A stretch of 63,845 nucleotides of DNA, the filler included, from Pseudovirgaria hyperparasitica (lineage: Eukaryota), in the NCBI GenBank assembly GCA_010093815.1. It is 10 parts of 8 records of this genome, joined end to end, with 100 filler letters (N's around TTAATTAATTAA, not from the genome) between each part and the next. Parts side by side here need not be neighbours in the genome. Positions count along the whole stretch, not along the records: positions 22,293 to 50,335 come from ML996568.1; positions 50,436 to 55,186 come from ML996571.1; 8 more parts are not named here. The stretch is one strand, 5' to 3'. Within the stretch, counting starts at the first letter, position 1. Each line of letters starts with the position of its first letter. The position numbers and the translations under genes are program-made. This document shows, piece by piece, positions 38,910 to 51,474 of the stretch. The notes under the pieces are model-generated. The model did no database searches. It saw nothing but the letters and a program-made list of their open reading frames with translations, and was not told the DNA's origin.

Positions 38910-40177
38910 TATAGACTATCGTACTAATAACTAGTACGGTATTCCATATAACCGTGGAAGATTACCTAGATAATAAGAAAGGAGTCCATTATACTCCATC
39001 GCGGTCTAGTTTATACTATACTAGACCTATCCTTACTATAAGACTAGACCCTATTAATATTAATGAATTAATTTATTAGAACTAACTAACATTAACCACG
39101 CCTTATAATAATATATATACTAAGCTATACACGGAGAGGTAGTATTAGACTTAGCTCGAGTAGTAACTTCGCGAACTTAATAAAGCGTAAGAATAAACCG
39201 CTAGACTCGAAGCCGTACTACGCGCTTTAGTACTAGTAGTAACTAATCTATACTAATATAGACTAACTTAAGCTAAAATAGTCTAACTAAGTCTATTACT
39301 ATCCTAGTTACCTTAGCCTAAGAAACTACCTTACTTTAACGGTAAAACTAGAAGGAGCTTTTACGAATGGGCTTACTAGTATAGCTAATTCTTCTATCTA
39401 TTTACGAACGATAGTAATAAGATTAGATTCGTATAGAACTATCTAGACCTAATACTATCTAAACGTTAGATAGTATATCGAATTAAACACCCTAAGGATA
39501 CGTATAACTAGGATACGTTCACCGAATTCCTTCTTTAATACTTTAGTAATAGAGCTAAGCGACGCGAATAGGCTTAGAGCCATATCTTTAAGACTTAATA
39601 GTAAGAGAGATAATCCCCGTTATAACTCCTCGAATACCTCCGACCTCTTTAGAGAGAAGCTAAGGAAGATCGTATAGTTCGATAATATAACGACTTTAAA
39701 AGGTCTCTTAACCCGAGTGTAAAGGAACGCATTAACCTTATAACGTCTATCTCTACTAACCTTTAGGTACTCGCGAATCTTGTAGAATAATATTAGCGTA
39801 TAATAAATAACTAACGTCGTATAGGCGCACGACTATCCCTATTAATCTAATCCGATATAAAATTATCTAAAGAGGACCGGTTTAGTAATAGATCGCGCGG
39901 AATACCTCGTAGACGCTACTACTCTACGAACTTAAGAAGACGAGGCCCGTACCGCGGATCTTTCTACTAGTCGATATATTAAGATGCGAGAAACGACTTA
40001 TATAAACGACCTAAAGTCACCTACTATACCTATAGTAGGATAGGCTATATAGTACTCGAGTGCCGCTTAGGGAAACCACCGAATACTAATATAGATACTA
40101 AGTTAGTTATATACTATAAGTACTAGTAGCTAGGATATATCGCGCCTAACTACCTAGTATACGATATAAAAAACTAA
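38910..40177 (+). pseudogene. Family B gag (start approximate), ending at a -1 frameshift heptamer AAAAAAC (40168-40174)
   Basis: PKKLPYFNGKTRRSFYEW motif (~39317) and CCHC knuckle CYKCQQPGHIAPNC after de-RIP (~40112-40153). Confidence 0.75.
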
Positions 40178-43100
40178 CTATCTACGAGGAACCCTCGTAA
40201 CTTATAGATATAACTAAAATAGAGGGATAACTAGCTAACTAGTATATTAAACTATAGGCTAGGCCTATCGAGGTCCCTCGTAGATAATATTAGACCATAA
40301 TACTTAATAGCGGTTTAGCTACTAATATTATATTAACTTAACGAGCACGAGAACTTAACGTCGATATTTAAGTACTAATAGATACTACCTTCTATAGTAT
40401 TAATAGTCCTATTAAATTATAGGGTACCTATACTATTAAATATAGTATCTAGGATAGCGGGGGGAAGTAGAAACCCTACTACTTAACCTTTATTATGGTA
40501 GATAGTCCCTTTAATATAATTCTCGGTATACTATAGCTCGAAAAATATAACCCGAAACTAGACTTTATCTAGAAAACAGCTAGCTAGCACATATACCTAC
40601 TATAATAGAACCTAGTATAGCTAATCAACGACGAATAATTCTAGAAGGACTACGAAAAGGTAATCTCCGCTATCTACGTCCTCTTACTTACTTAAAATAG
40701 AGAGCTTAGTATTAAAGTAGACGAAAATCTACTATATTAGTATAAAATATACTAATATATCGCGTTAGCAATCGACTCGTCCAAATTACCTTAATACTAA
40801 TCTACTAACCTTACTATTAACCTCGAAGACGGTTAATAACCCCTATATAGACCTATCTACCCTCTATTAGAACCCGAGCTATAGGTCCTCCGAGAATATA
40901 TTAAAAAGAACCTTATATAAGGATAGATTAGGCCTAGTATATCCCTAGCTAGAGCTCTAATCCTCTTTATAAAGAAGAAGGATAGAAGTCTCTATCTATA
41001 TATTAACTACTATAGCCTAAATAATATTATACGAAAGAATCGTTACCTACTACCTCTTATCTCCGAGTCTATTAATAGACTAGGGCGCGTAAAGATCTTT
41101 ACTAAGCTCGATCTATATAACACCTACTACCGCTTACGTATTAAGAAGGGCGATAAGTAGAAAACGGCGTTTAGGACCCGTTATAGATACTTCGAGTATA
41201 TAGTAGTCCCTTTTAGACTAACTAACGCGCTAGAAACCTTCTAAGCATATATTAATAATGTACTAGTAGGCCTACTCGACACGACGTATATTATATACCT
41301 CGATAACATTCTTATCTTCTCTAATAATAAAGAAGAATATATCTAGCACGTACACGTAGTCCTAGATAGGCTAGAAAAATATAAGCTATATATTAAGCTA
41401 TCTAAATACGAGTTCCACTAGGACCACGTTAACTTCCTTAGCTTCGTTATTACTAATTAAGATATAACTATAGAAAGGGATAGGGTCGCTACTATTATGG
41501 ACTGGCCTAAACTAAAATCGGTTTAAGATATACGTGTCTTTATTAGATTCGCTAATTACTACTAAAAATTTATTAAGCATTTCTTCCGGCTAGTAGCACC
41601 GCTTAACGCGTGTACTACTACTATAGATTCGTCTATTACGGTCCGCAGTAGATAGAAATAGTATAATATTAAATTATAGTCTATAGAATTATTAGAAGGC
41701 GAAAGGGCCTCCTTTAAGAAAATCAAAGAGGTATTTATAACTACTCTATTACTAGTATACTTTAACCCGACTAAACCTATCTACGTTAAAACCGACGCGT
41801 TAGAATTTATAATCTTAGATATTCTCTTCTAGCCTAGACTAACTAAGTCTAAAAAGATCTAATAGTATCTAGTTACGTTCTTCTTACGTAAAATAGTCGA
41901 TATTAAGACTAGATATACTATCTATAACTAAGAGCTACTAGTAATAGTAGAGTCGTTTAAATAGTAGCGATATTATCTTAAAGGTGCTATATATAACGTT
42001 AAGTTACTAACTAATTACTATAACTTAAAGGGGTTTATAAGCACGACGGTTTTAAACCGTCGATAGATCTAATAGGCTAAGTAGCTTATAAACTTTTACT
42101 TTATAATCTACTATTAACCTAGAAGTATAAACCTAGCTAATAGAATATTAAGAAGACCTAACTATAAAGAAGGCGCCTAGGATTATAGTGGCTATAGGGT
42201 CCTAGAGTAGCTATAGGCCTAACTCTTAAGGACGAGGTTAGATTTTAAGTTATTAGGCGATTAGTAAGATACTAATATTAATACTAGTAATTAAATCTCT
42301 AAGACCGAAGCCGGTAACTAAAGACACGGTACTAAAGTCCCTAGTAGACCGTTTATTAGCGCTGTCGGGAAGGGCAATAATGCCCGGCGTAAATATCTAA
42401 TTAACCTCGCCTAGTTAATCGTGGATCTATAGAAGATAGATCTAATAGTTTTAAAGTTGCGTAAAATATAGTAAGATAGGTTATTACGGACTAAAGTAGA
42501 CTATAAGTAGACCTTTATAGACGGCTTGCTTCACTACGATAGAAAGTACTATATACCAATAGGTAACGCGCGATTTAACGTAGTTAGCCGATACTATAAC
42601 GCTAACCTAGTAGGATACTTTAGGTATATACGTACCCTAAGCTTAATTTATTAATACTATTTTTAGAAAGATATACCAAAGTACGTCGAAGAACAGATAG
42701 CTACTTATCCAATTTATTAAAGAACGAAGGCCCCTAGATATAAGCCATATAGGAATTTATAGCCTCTTTTAGCCCCCCTCTTTATATAGAAAGACGTTAC
42801 TATAGACTTTATAGTTAACTTACCTCTAAGCGAGATACTTAGAATAAGTTATAATTCTATTCTTATTATCGTGGATAGACTTATAAAGATATCTAGGTAT
42901 ATCCCGGTATAGAAGACGATTACATCTAAAGAACTAGCGTAGGTGTTCTAGAACGAGATTATTAAGGTCCATAGTATACTAAAAAGGATCGTTACGGACC
43001 GAGGAAGTACCTTCACGTCTAAATTCTAGACGTTATTCTATAAAATAGTAAGTATAAATAGAAATATATCTATAGTATTTTATCCTTAGACGGATAGCTA

Positions 43101-43900
43101 GATAGAGCGATAGAACTAGACGCTCGAGGCCTATCTACGCGCATTCTATAATTTCGAGTAGAACGACTAGGCCTCCCTACTAAGTATAGTAGAGTTCATA
43201 TATAATAATAGTCGTTATAGTACGATAGATATTATACCTTTCTAGGCGAACCTCGGACGTAGTCTAAGGATAGGTTTTAAGTCTTAGACGGTCTAATTTA
43301 ATCGAATAATAGACGTAAACGTCCACGCTTAGGAATTAGTAATTAAAATCTTCGAAACCGCACGTAACTATCGCGCTATAATCTAATAAGTAAACGACTT
43401 GTATACGAAGTACTATAATAGATTAGCTAAGGATTAGATGTATAAGAAGGGCGATAAGGTCCTTCTTAACGTCCGTAATATACGAACGTCGCGAGTAAAT
43501 AAGAAGCTTAATTATAAAATGGCTGGTCCCTTCCGAATCAAACGTTATATCGGTATAAGAGCCTACGAGCTCGACTTAGGAAGCGATATAAGAATCTATA
43601 ACGTATTCTATATCTTACTACTCGAAAGATTTCGACCTAACGTATATAGCCGCACGAACATATAGTTATACTCTATTATACCCTAAGATAGACTAGACGT
43701 ATTTAAAGTAGACTATATTATTAAACATAGGATCGATGAAGACGGTGTTTAGAAATATAGAATCCGTTAGAAGAACTACACTAAGGACGAGGATACCTAG
43801 GAACTAGCGGTATATATCTTAAGTTCTATAATAGCTATATATAAGTAAAAGATATAGAATAGCGTATTATTAATATAAGTATAGTAACATCGCGGTTATT
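40170..43900 (+). pseudogene. Family B pol: protease, RT, RNase H, integrase, chromodomain (end approximate)
   Basis: [25 protein letters not shown] (41296), TDALEF (41791), integrase core, AGPFRI, and chromodomain FKVDxIIKHR...YRIR*KNYTKDEDT*E (~43700-43805). Confidence 0.9.
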
Positions 43901-44499
43901 ATAAAAAGAAGAAGGATACCGTAGAGAACGAAGTACTAAACTAGGAAATCTAGACGCGCACTAGGAAAACTCTATATAGTAGCCCTATAATTTAAGTATT
44001 ATATAGTTACTAGACACGAAGAAAGCGTAAATAACTATTTTAGGAACGCGACGCGATATACCATAATAGAATAATATAGAAGAGTCTAGAATAGACTAAC
44101 ATGGACCATTATACACGAGAAAAACATAGGACTAAGAACCTAAAAAAAGGTACCCTACTATAGAATTAAACTCTTAACACGAAATATAAAAGGTTAGAGT
44201 ACCCGAACTAATAACTACTAGGCTACTAGTTTAGGTACTCTAATAGAATTTATAGAGATAAACTAATTTATATACGGTACCCACACTTAGGTAACTTAAG
44301 GAAAATTAGAATATAGAAACCGATAGTTATAAGCTAAGCGAGCGCATATATAATATCGTTAAGTTAAGAATTAAATTATTAGAAACTAGCCGATAGGTAT
44401 CTAAATAGTCTAAAAAGGACTAAAATAGATAAAAGCTAGGTAAATAGAGCCGGCGCGCACTACCTATAGTAGATCTAGAATATATAGAGCCAGGCATAG

Positions 44500-45640
44500 A
44501 GCTAATATATAGAGCTAGAACTATAGAGCTACTCCTCTATCTTATTATCCGTTCTAATCTCTAGTATAGTTCTCTCTAACTATATAATATAGCGGCGGAG
44601 GACGATAACCTTAGCCTCTAGAGTAATAACCTAATCCGTTAGAGCCTAGAGGGAAGAGTCTTAAGCGCCGGAGCGTAGCGACTAGGTCTAAAGTTAGCTA
44701 ATACGATCTAGAATAATCTAGAAGGGAATATATACCCTCTTATAAGGCGACTTAGAGGGAGAAATAGTAGACCTCTTACGAGATCCGTTAGTAGCGCGAG
44801 ACGGACGGAGGGGGATAGAGTAAATCCTCTCTACGGCCTCTATAGCTAGGATAGACTCTCTAGAATAGATAGCCTAGGCGCTAGAGATCTCGCGGCGGCT
44901 AGAAAAATCAATAGGTATTAAAAATAATTAACGTGCTTATAACTTATACTTTAATAACCTCTAGAAAGAGCTTATAGCGCTCCCTAAACTCCCTCTTTAT
45001 AGTAGGTAGGCGGCTATAAGAACCCCCGAGGGTCTCACGGACGCGAAGATCGTTATATATATCTTATATATATATAGGAACCTAAGAATGTATTAGCGCG
45101 GACCACTTTAGATCATACTAGATTAAGATAGCCTATTATACTTACCTATAGATAAGTCTTACTAGTTATAGTATAGCGGTAGTAGCGGGTAGATAGAGTA
45201 AAGATAGGGCGTATAGACCTATCGCGGTTAGTAGAGTAGTAGCTAATACTAGAGTTAGAGCGAAAGAGATATTTAGAGCCGGCCGTATAGCCCTTAATAT
45301 ACTTATAGTATATTAAACCGTAGTTCGCTATTTTCCTATAGCGTAAACTNNNNNNNNNNNNNNNCGGCGTGCGCTTTAGAGCGAGAGGAGAACCTACGAC
45401 TACTTTATCTATAAGTTTAGTACTAGGATTACCTAGATTAGAGCGACTAGTAGCTATATTAGTAGTAGAGGTAGTAGTAGTAGTAGCCCTAGCTACTCTC
45501 TTCTCCAACTTAGAGCGCGCCTTTATACTACCACAATAGATAGACTTCTTAGCCAGCGTAGCCGGGGAGGAGGCGATACCTTTAGAGCGAGTCTTACAAG
45601 AGAAGGAGGTAGGCTTAGAGATAGGACTAGTATTAGATAT
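44500..45640 (-). pseudogene. Antisense, intron-containing Cys-rich gene in the family B 3' region (3' end approximate)
   Basis: The frame of the tracked ORF 45146-45508 extends up to 45640. Intron 45145-45082 (GTAAGT...GCTAAT...TTAG) joins ...KTYL* to VP... Confidence 0.6.
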
Positions 45641-48600
45641 CTATATATATACGTTAGCTAGAGATCTAAGGAAGGAATATTCGTCTACCCTTAACGGCGA
45701 TTAACGAAGCTAAATTAGTAACCGTAATAACGCGAATAGATTATATAGGACCGGTTCTAATAAGAATAGACCACTATAGACCCTTCTAAACCTAAACTAG
45801 GGAAGATAGTATATAAATTAATAACTTACCTTAAGAGCGAGGTAGATATACTAGAGAATAAAATTAAAGGCGAGCGAAGCTAAATATATACTTAACTAAA
45901 GTAGCGATTATATATTCTAGGTAGTAGCTATAAAGTAAGGGATAAGCGTGTACATAAACTAATAAAAGTAAACTAGAATCTCGAGTTTACCTATATTAAG
46001 GATAGTTATAACGTTATAGAAACTTAGTCACGGATATATAGGTATACGTTAGATTATAGAGACTTAGAATTATATATACTTAAGTGCTTTAGGGCGAAGC
46101 ATAAAAAGAAGAAGGATATTATTAGGACGGGAACTATAACGGACCTATATAGACTATTCTAATCTATGTAGCCATATAGTGGCTAGAGCTAGGTTAAGTT
46201 AGCTAAGTTAAGCGAGGTTACTATATAAGTAGACCGTATAAACCGATTCCTACTCGTTAGGAATCAACCTCGTATAAGAGTAAGATTACTCTATAAATAC
46301 ATTTCTATATCTCTCTATGAACTATTAGACTACTATTCTACGTCTTTACTCTTTATAGAAATACTTAATAAATTTTCGGTAGTAATTAGTAAATCTAATA
46401 AAGACACGTATATCTTAAACCGATTTTAGTTTAGACTAGTCTATAATAGTAGTAACTCTATCCCTTTCTATAGTTATACCTTAATTAGTAATAACGAAGC
46501 TAAGAAAGTTAACGTAGTCCTAGTGGAACTCGTATTTAGATAGCTTAATATATAGCTTATATTTTTCTAGCCTATCTAGGACTACGCGTACGTGCTAGAT
46601 ATATTCTTCTTTATTATTAGAGAAGATAAGAATATTATTAAGGTATACGATGCACGTTATATCGAGTAGATCTACTAGCGCGTTATTAATATACGCTTAG
46701 AAGGTTCCTAGCGCGTTAGTTAGTCTAAAAGGGACTACTATATACTCGAAGTATCTATAACGGGTCCTAAACACCGTTTTCCACTTATCGCCCTTCTTAA
46801 TATATAGACGGTAGTAGATATCGCGTAGATTAAGCTTAGTAAAGATCTTCACGCGCTCTAGTCTATTAATAGACTCGGAGATAAGAGGTAGTAGGTAACG
46901 ATTCTTTCGCGTGAGATTATTTAGACTATAGTAGTTAATATATAGACGGAGACTTCTATTCTTCTTCTTTATAAAGAGGATTAGAGCTCCGGCTAGAGAT
47001 ATACTAGGTCTAATCTATTCTCGCGTAAGGTTCTTTTTAATATATTCTCGGAGGACCTATAGCTCGGGTTCTAATAGAGGGTAGATAGGTCCGTATAGGG
47101 GTTATTAACCGTCTTCGAGGTTAATAGTAAGGTTAGTAGATTAGTATTAAGGTAATTCGGACGAGTCGATTACTAACGCGATATATTAGTATATTTTATA
47201 CTAATATAGTAGATTTTCGTCTACTTTAATACTAAGCTCTCTATTTTAAGTAAGTAAGAGGACGTAGATAGCGGAGATTACCTTTTCATAGTCCTTCTAG
47301 AATTATTCATCGTCAACTAGCTATACTAGGTTCTATTATAGTAGGTACATACGCTAGCCAGCTGTTTTCTAGATAAAGTCTAGTTTCGGGTTATATTTTT
47401 CGAGCTATAGTATACCGAGAATTATATTAAAGGGACTATCTACCATAATAAAGGTTAAGTAGTAGGGTTTCTACTTCCCCCCGCTATCCTAGATACTATA
47501 TTTAATAGTATAGGTACCCTATAATTTAATAGGACTATTAATACTATAGAAGGTAGTATCTATTAGTACTTAAATATCGACGTTAAGTTCTCGTGCTCGT
47601 TAAGTTAATATAATATTAGTAGCTAAACCGCTATTAAGTATTATGGTCTAATATTATCTACGAGGGACCTCGATAGGCCTAGCCTATAGTTTAATATACT
47701 AGTTAGCTAGTTATCCCTCTATTTTAGTTATATCTATAAGTTACGAGGGTTCCTAGTAGATAGTTAGTTTTTTATATCGTATACTAGGTAGTTAGGCGCG
47801 ATATATCCTAGCTACTAGTACTTATAGTATATAACTAACTTAGTATCTATATTAGTATTCGGTGGTTTCCCTAAGCGGCACTCGAGTACTATATAGCCTA
47901 TCCTACTATAGGTATAGTAGGTAACTTTAGATCGTTTATACAAGTCGTTTCTCGCGTCTTAATATATTAACTAGTAGAAAGATCCGTGGTACGGGCCTCG
48001 TCTTCTTAAGTTTATAGAGTAGTAGCGCCTATAAGGTATTCCGCGCGATCTATTACTAAACTAGTCCTCTTTAGATAATTTTATATCGGATTAGATTAAT
48101 AGAGATAGTCGTACGCCTATATAATGTTAGTTATTTATTATACGCTAATATCGTTCTATAAGATTCGCGAGTACCTAAAGGTTAGTAGAGATAGACGTTA
48201 TAAGGTTAATATGTTCCTTTACGCTCGGGCTAAGGGATCTTTTAAAGTTATCGTATTATTAAACTATATAATCTTCCTCGGCTTCTCTCTAAAGAGGTCG
48301 GAGATATTTAAGGAGTTATAATAGGGATTATCTCTCTTACTATTAAGTCTTAAAGATATAGCTCTAAGCCTATTCGCGTCGCTCGGCTCTATCGCCGAAG
48401 TATTAAAGAAGAAATTCGGTAAACGTGTTCTAGTTATACGTATCCTTAGGGTATTTAATTTAATATACTATCTAATATTTAGATAGCGTTAGGTCTAGGT
48501 AGTTCTATACGAACCTAATCTTATTACTATCGTTCGTGAATAGGTAGAAGAATCGGCTATACTAGTAAGCCTATTTATAAAAGCTCCTTCTAGTTTTACC

Positions 48601-48913
48601 GTTAAAGTAAGATAGTTTCTTAGGCTAAGGTAACTAGGATAGTAATAGACTTAGTTAGACTATTTCGGCTTAAGTTAGTCTATATTAGTATAGATTAGTT
48701 ACTACTAGTACTAAAGCGCGTAGTACGGCTTCGAGTCTAGCGGTTTATCCTTACGCTTTATTGAGTTCGCGAAGTTACTACTTAAGCTAAGCCTAACGCT
48801 ACCTCTCCGTATATAGCTTAGTATATATATTATTATAAGGCGTGGTTAACGTTAGTCGGTTCTAATAAATTAATTTATTAACGTTAATAGGGTCTAGTCT
48901 TATAGTAAGGATA

Positions 48914-50335
48914 TGTAAGAATAGGGTTATTGGATAGTAGTGTAGTTAGATAGAACAATAGGGTGTATTCTATTATAGAACGAATTACTACCGAACTCTT
49001 TCGGTAGAAATCCGAGAGTATATACATAAAGGGACGCCGATCTATCTAGTATATAACTATTTACCGCCCTTCACGTTACCTCCTAACTCTATTAGCTAAG
49101 GTATATATAGGTTAGGTCCTACCTAAGGCTAAGTCCTAATAATTATCCCTTCCCTCTAGGAAGCTACCCTTAGCAACCTAGATCATTATCTATCTCTATA
49201 TCCCTATCCTAAGTCTCGTAAGACCTTAGTCGTTCTCTACGCTTCGTCTTAGATACTTACCGATATTTACTAATCTAAGATTTATATAAGCGTTTTCCTA
49301 ATAAACTAGATTTTATCTATCTTAACTTCTTATATAGGTGAGATTACCTAATTAGGCCTAGCGTATCACGTGATGTAATTAGGTAAGCCCGGGTGCTACC
49401 TATATTAAAATCTTTTCTTAGAAATATTCCTTTCTTTAAAAAACTTCTTAACTCTTTATAGAGTTTTTTAGATTATTAGATATATCACCCGATCCTTATA
49501 GACATAGATTTATATAGATTTACTATAATTTAGTACGATTTACGTAATTTACTAATTTTCGTACCGTCCTTAGCTAGTAATAACATAATTCGTAATAATC
49601 CGTATAAATTAATAATAATCTTAATATGGTTTCCCGAAATCTCGACGCTCTAAAGTAATTAGTACGGAAATAGGCGCCTTCGAATAATCCCTATCTTATA
49701 TACGTTACCGACATGTCGAAAGCCATTAATCTACCCCGACCTAGGCCGGGCTCTAATAATCTAGCTATATATTATTATAGTTATCGCTTTCCGTCGTATA
49801 TTACTTACGGTAGTACTAAATCTATAATATATAGTACTTATATAACTAAGAAGCGTTATTACTTATAGGTATTTAAGTAAGTTCGAAGAACTTTACATAG
49901 ATTTACTTATATCGGTATAGATTACTACTAGGCCTCTAGTAACCTCTACCGATAAGAAGCGTGGTACTACTAATCGCAACGCCTTAGAGAAGGCTTTCTA
50001 TAAGCTATATACCTAAGGTAAGTACAGGTAAGGGTTACGCCTAGGAGTATAATTCTAATAAGATCCGTAAGGATTTATCGGAATCTACTATAGCTATTAT
50101 TACCGCGATTACTAGGTAATATCATTTTTCTTAAATCGTTATAGATTCTTACTAATATATATTAATCTCTATAATAGTGCTAAAATCTCTACCACTTCGG
50201 ACTTCTTTCTATATACTAGTAATATTAGAATTCCTAGAAAAGGTTCTAGTAAAAAGGCTAAGGTTCCTTCCTCGCGCGTGCTAAAGAGCCGTAAATTTAG
50301 GGAAGATAGCTCTAATCTAGAAGTTTCTATACTAA
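48914..50335 (-). mobile_element. Family A 3' end (3' LTR 48914-49141, PPT, long 3' region), inserted in gag of the host B copy
   Basis: TG at 48914, a 228-bp LTR, and PPT complement ATTATCCCTTCCCTCT at 49142. Confidence 0.9.
49713..50335 (+). pseudogene. Putative antisense, intron-containing Cys-rich gene in the family A 3' region
   Basis: ATG at 49713 (MSKAINLPRPRPGS), a Tyr-rich (de-RIP Cys/His) stretch ending YSTYITKKRYYL*, a candidate phase-0 intron at 49869-49920 (GT...TAG), and a further GTAAGT donor near 50018. Confidence 0.45.
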
Positions 50336-50435
50336 NNNNNNNNNNNNNNNNNNNNNNNNNNNNNNNNNNNNNNNNNNNNTTAATTAATTAANNNNNNNNN
50401 NNNNNNNNNNNNNNNNNNNNNNNNNNNNNNNNNNN

Positions 50436-50619
50436 ACGCGCTAAAGATAGTATATAGCTATATAAAATTCGTTAGAAAGGATATAATCCTAACGAAGATA
50501 CTTAGGAACCTATAATAAATATTAGTAAAGTAGTAATATTAGTATATAAGTAGCGATTAGTAAAGGAAGCCGCGGAATCATAGAGAATTATACTAAAGTA
50601 TAGTAATTCGATGTTTTTT
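50436..50619 (+). mobile_element. Family A chromodomain-coding fragment, interrupted by family B
   Basis: Matches 56647-56771 (YKIR*KGYNPNEDT*EP). Confidence 0.85.
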
Positions 50620-51474
50620 TGTTAGGACGGGAACCACAATAGACCTATATGGACCATTCTAATCCATGCAGCCACGTAGTGGCCAGAGCTAGGTTAAGTT
50701 AGCTAAGTTAAGCGAGGTTACTATATAAGTAGACCGTATAAACCGATTCCTACTTATTAGGAATAAACCTCGTATAAGAGTAAGATTACTCTATAAATAC
50801 ATTCCTATATCTCTCTATAAACTATTAGACTACTATCCCACGTCTTTACTCTTTATATTTTAATTCCTCTCTATATAGCACGACGGTAGCTTATAGAGAT
50901 AGCTCCTACTACGCGCTATAATACCCGTAGTACTACCTTATATAAGAGACTCTCTCTAAATCTAAACGAAGAGAATAGTCTCTCTACGACTACCTCTACT
51001 AATAAGTATACTCTATAGACTATCGCACTAATAACTAGTACGGTATTCTATATAACCGTGGAAGATTACCTAGATAATAAGGAAGGAGTCTATTATACTC
51101 CATCGCGGTCTAGTTTATACTATACTAGACCTATCCTTACTATAAGACTAGACCCTATTAACGTTAATGAATTAATTCGTTAGAACCGACTAACGTTAAC
51201 CATACCTTACGATAATATATATACTAAGCTATACACGGAGAGGTAGCGTTAGACTTAGCTTAAGTAGTAACTTTACGAACTTAATAAAGCGTAAGGACGA
51301 ACCGCTAGACTCGAAGCCATACTACGCGCTTTAGTACTAGTAGTAACTAACCTATACTAATATAGACTAACTTAAGCCGAAATAGTCTAACTAAGTCTAT
51401 TACTATTCTAATTACCTCGGTCTAAGAAACTACCTTACTTTAACGGTAAAACTAGGAGGAGCTTTCACGAATAG
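50620..51474 (+). mobile_element. Family B 5' LTR (50620-50857) plus gag start, interrupted by family A
   Basis: TGTTAGGACGGG start, collinear with 38516-39370. Confidence 0.92.

Larger units (their letters stand above)
38516..46357 (+). mobile_element. Full-length 7.8-kb Ty3/gypsy chromovirus family B
   Basis: 238-bp LTRs (38516-38753, 46120-46357), perfect 5-bp TSD GAAAT (38511-38515, 46358-46362) and PPT AAAAAGAAGAAGGATAT before the 3' LTR. Confidence 0.95.
23917..48913 (-). mobile_element. Host family B copy in four pieces (23917-25080, 25682-26784, 38198-38515, 46358-48913) carrying three nested insertions
   Basis: The pieces join collinearly as the reverse complement of ~39028-44153 once the TRIM, family C and the full-length B are removed at their TSDs. 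Confidence 0.9.
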
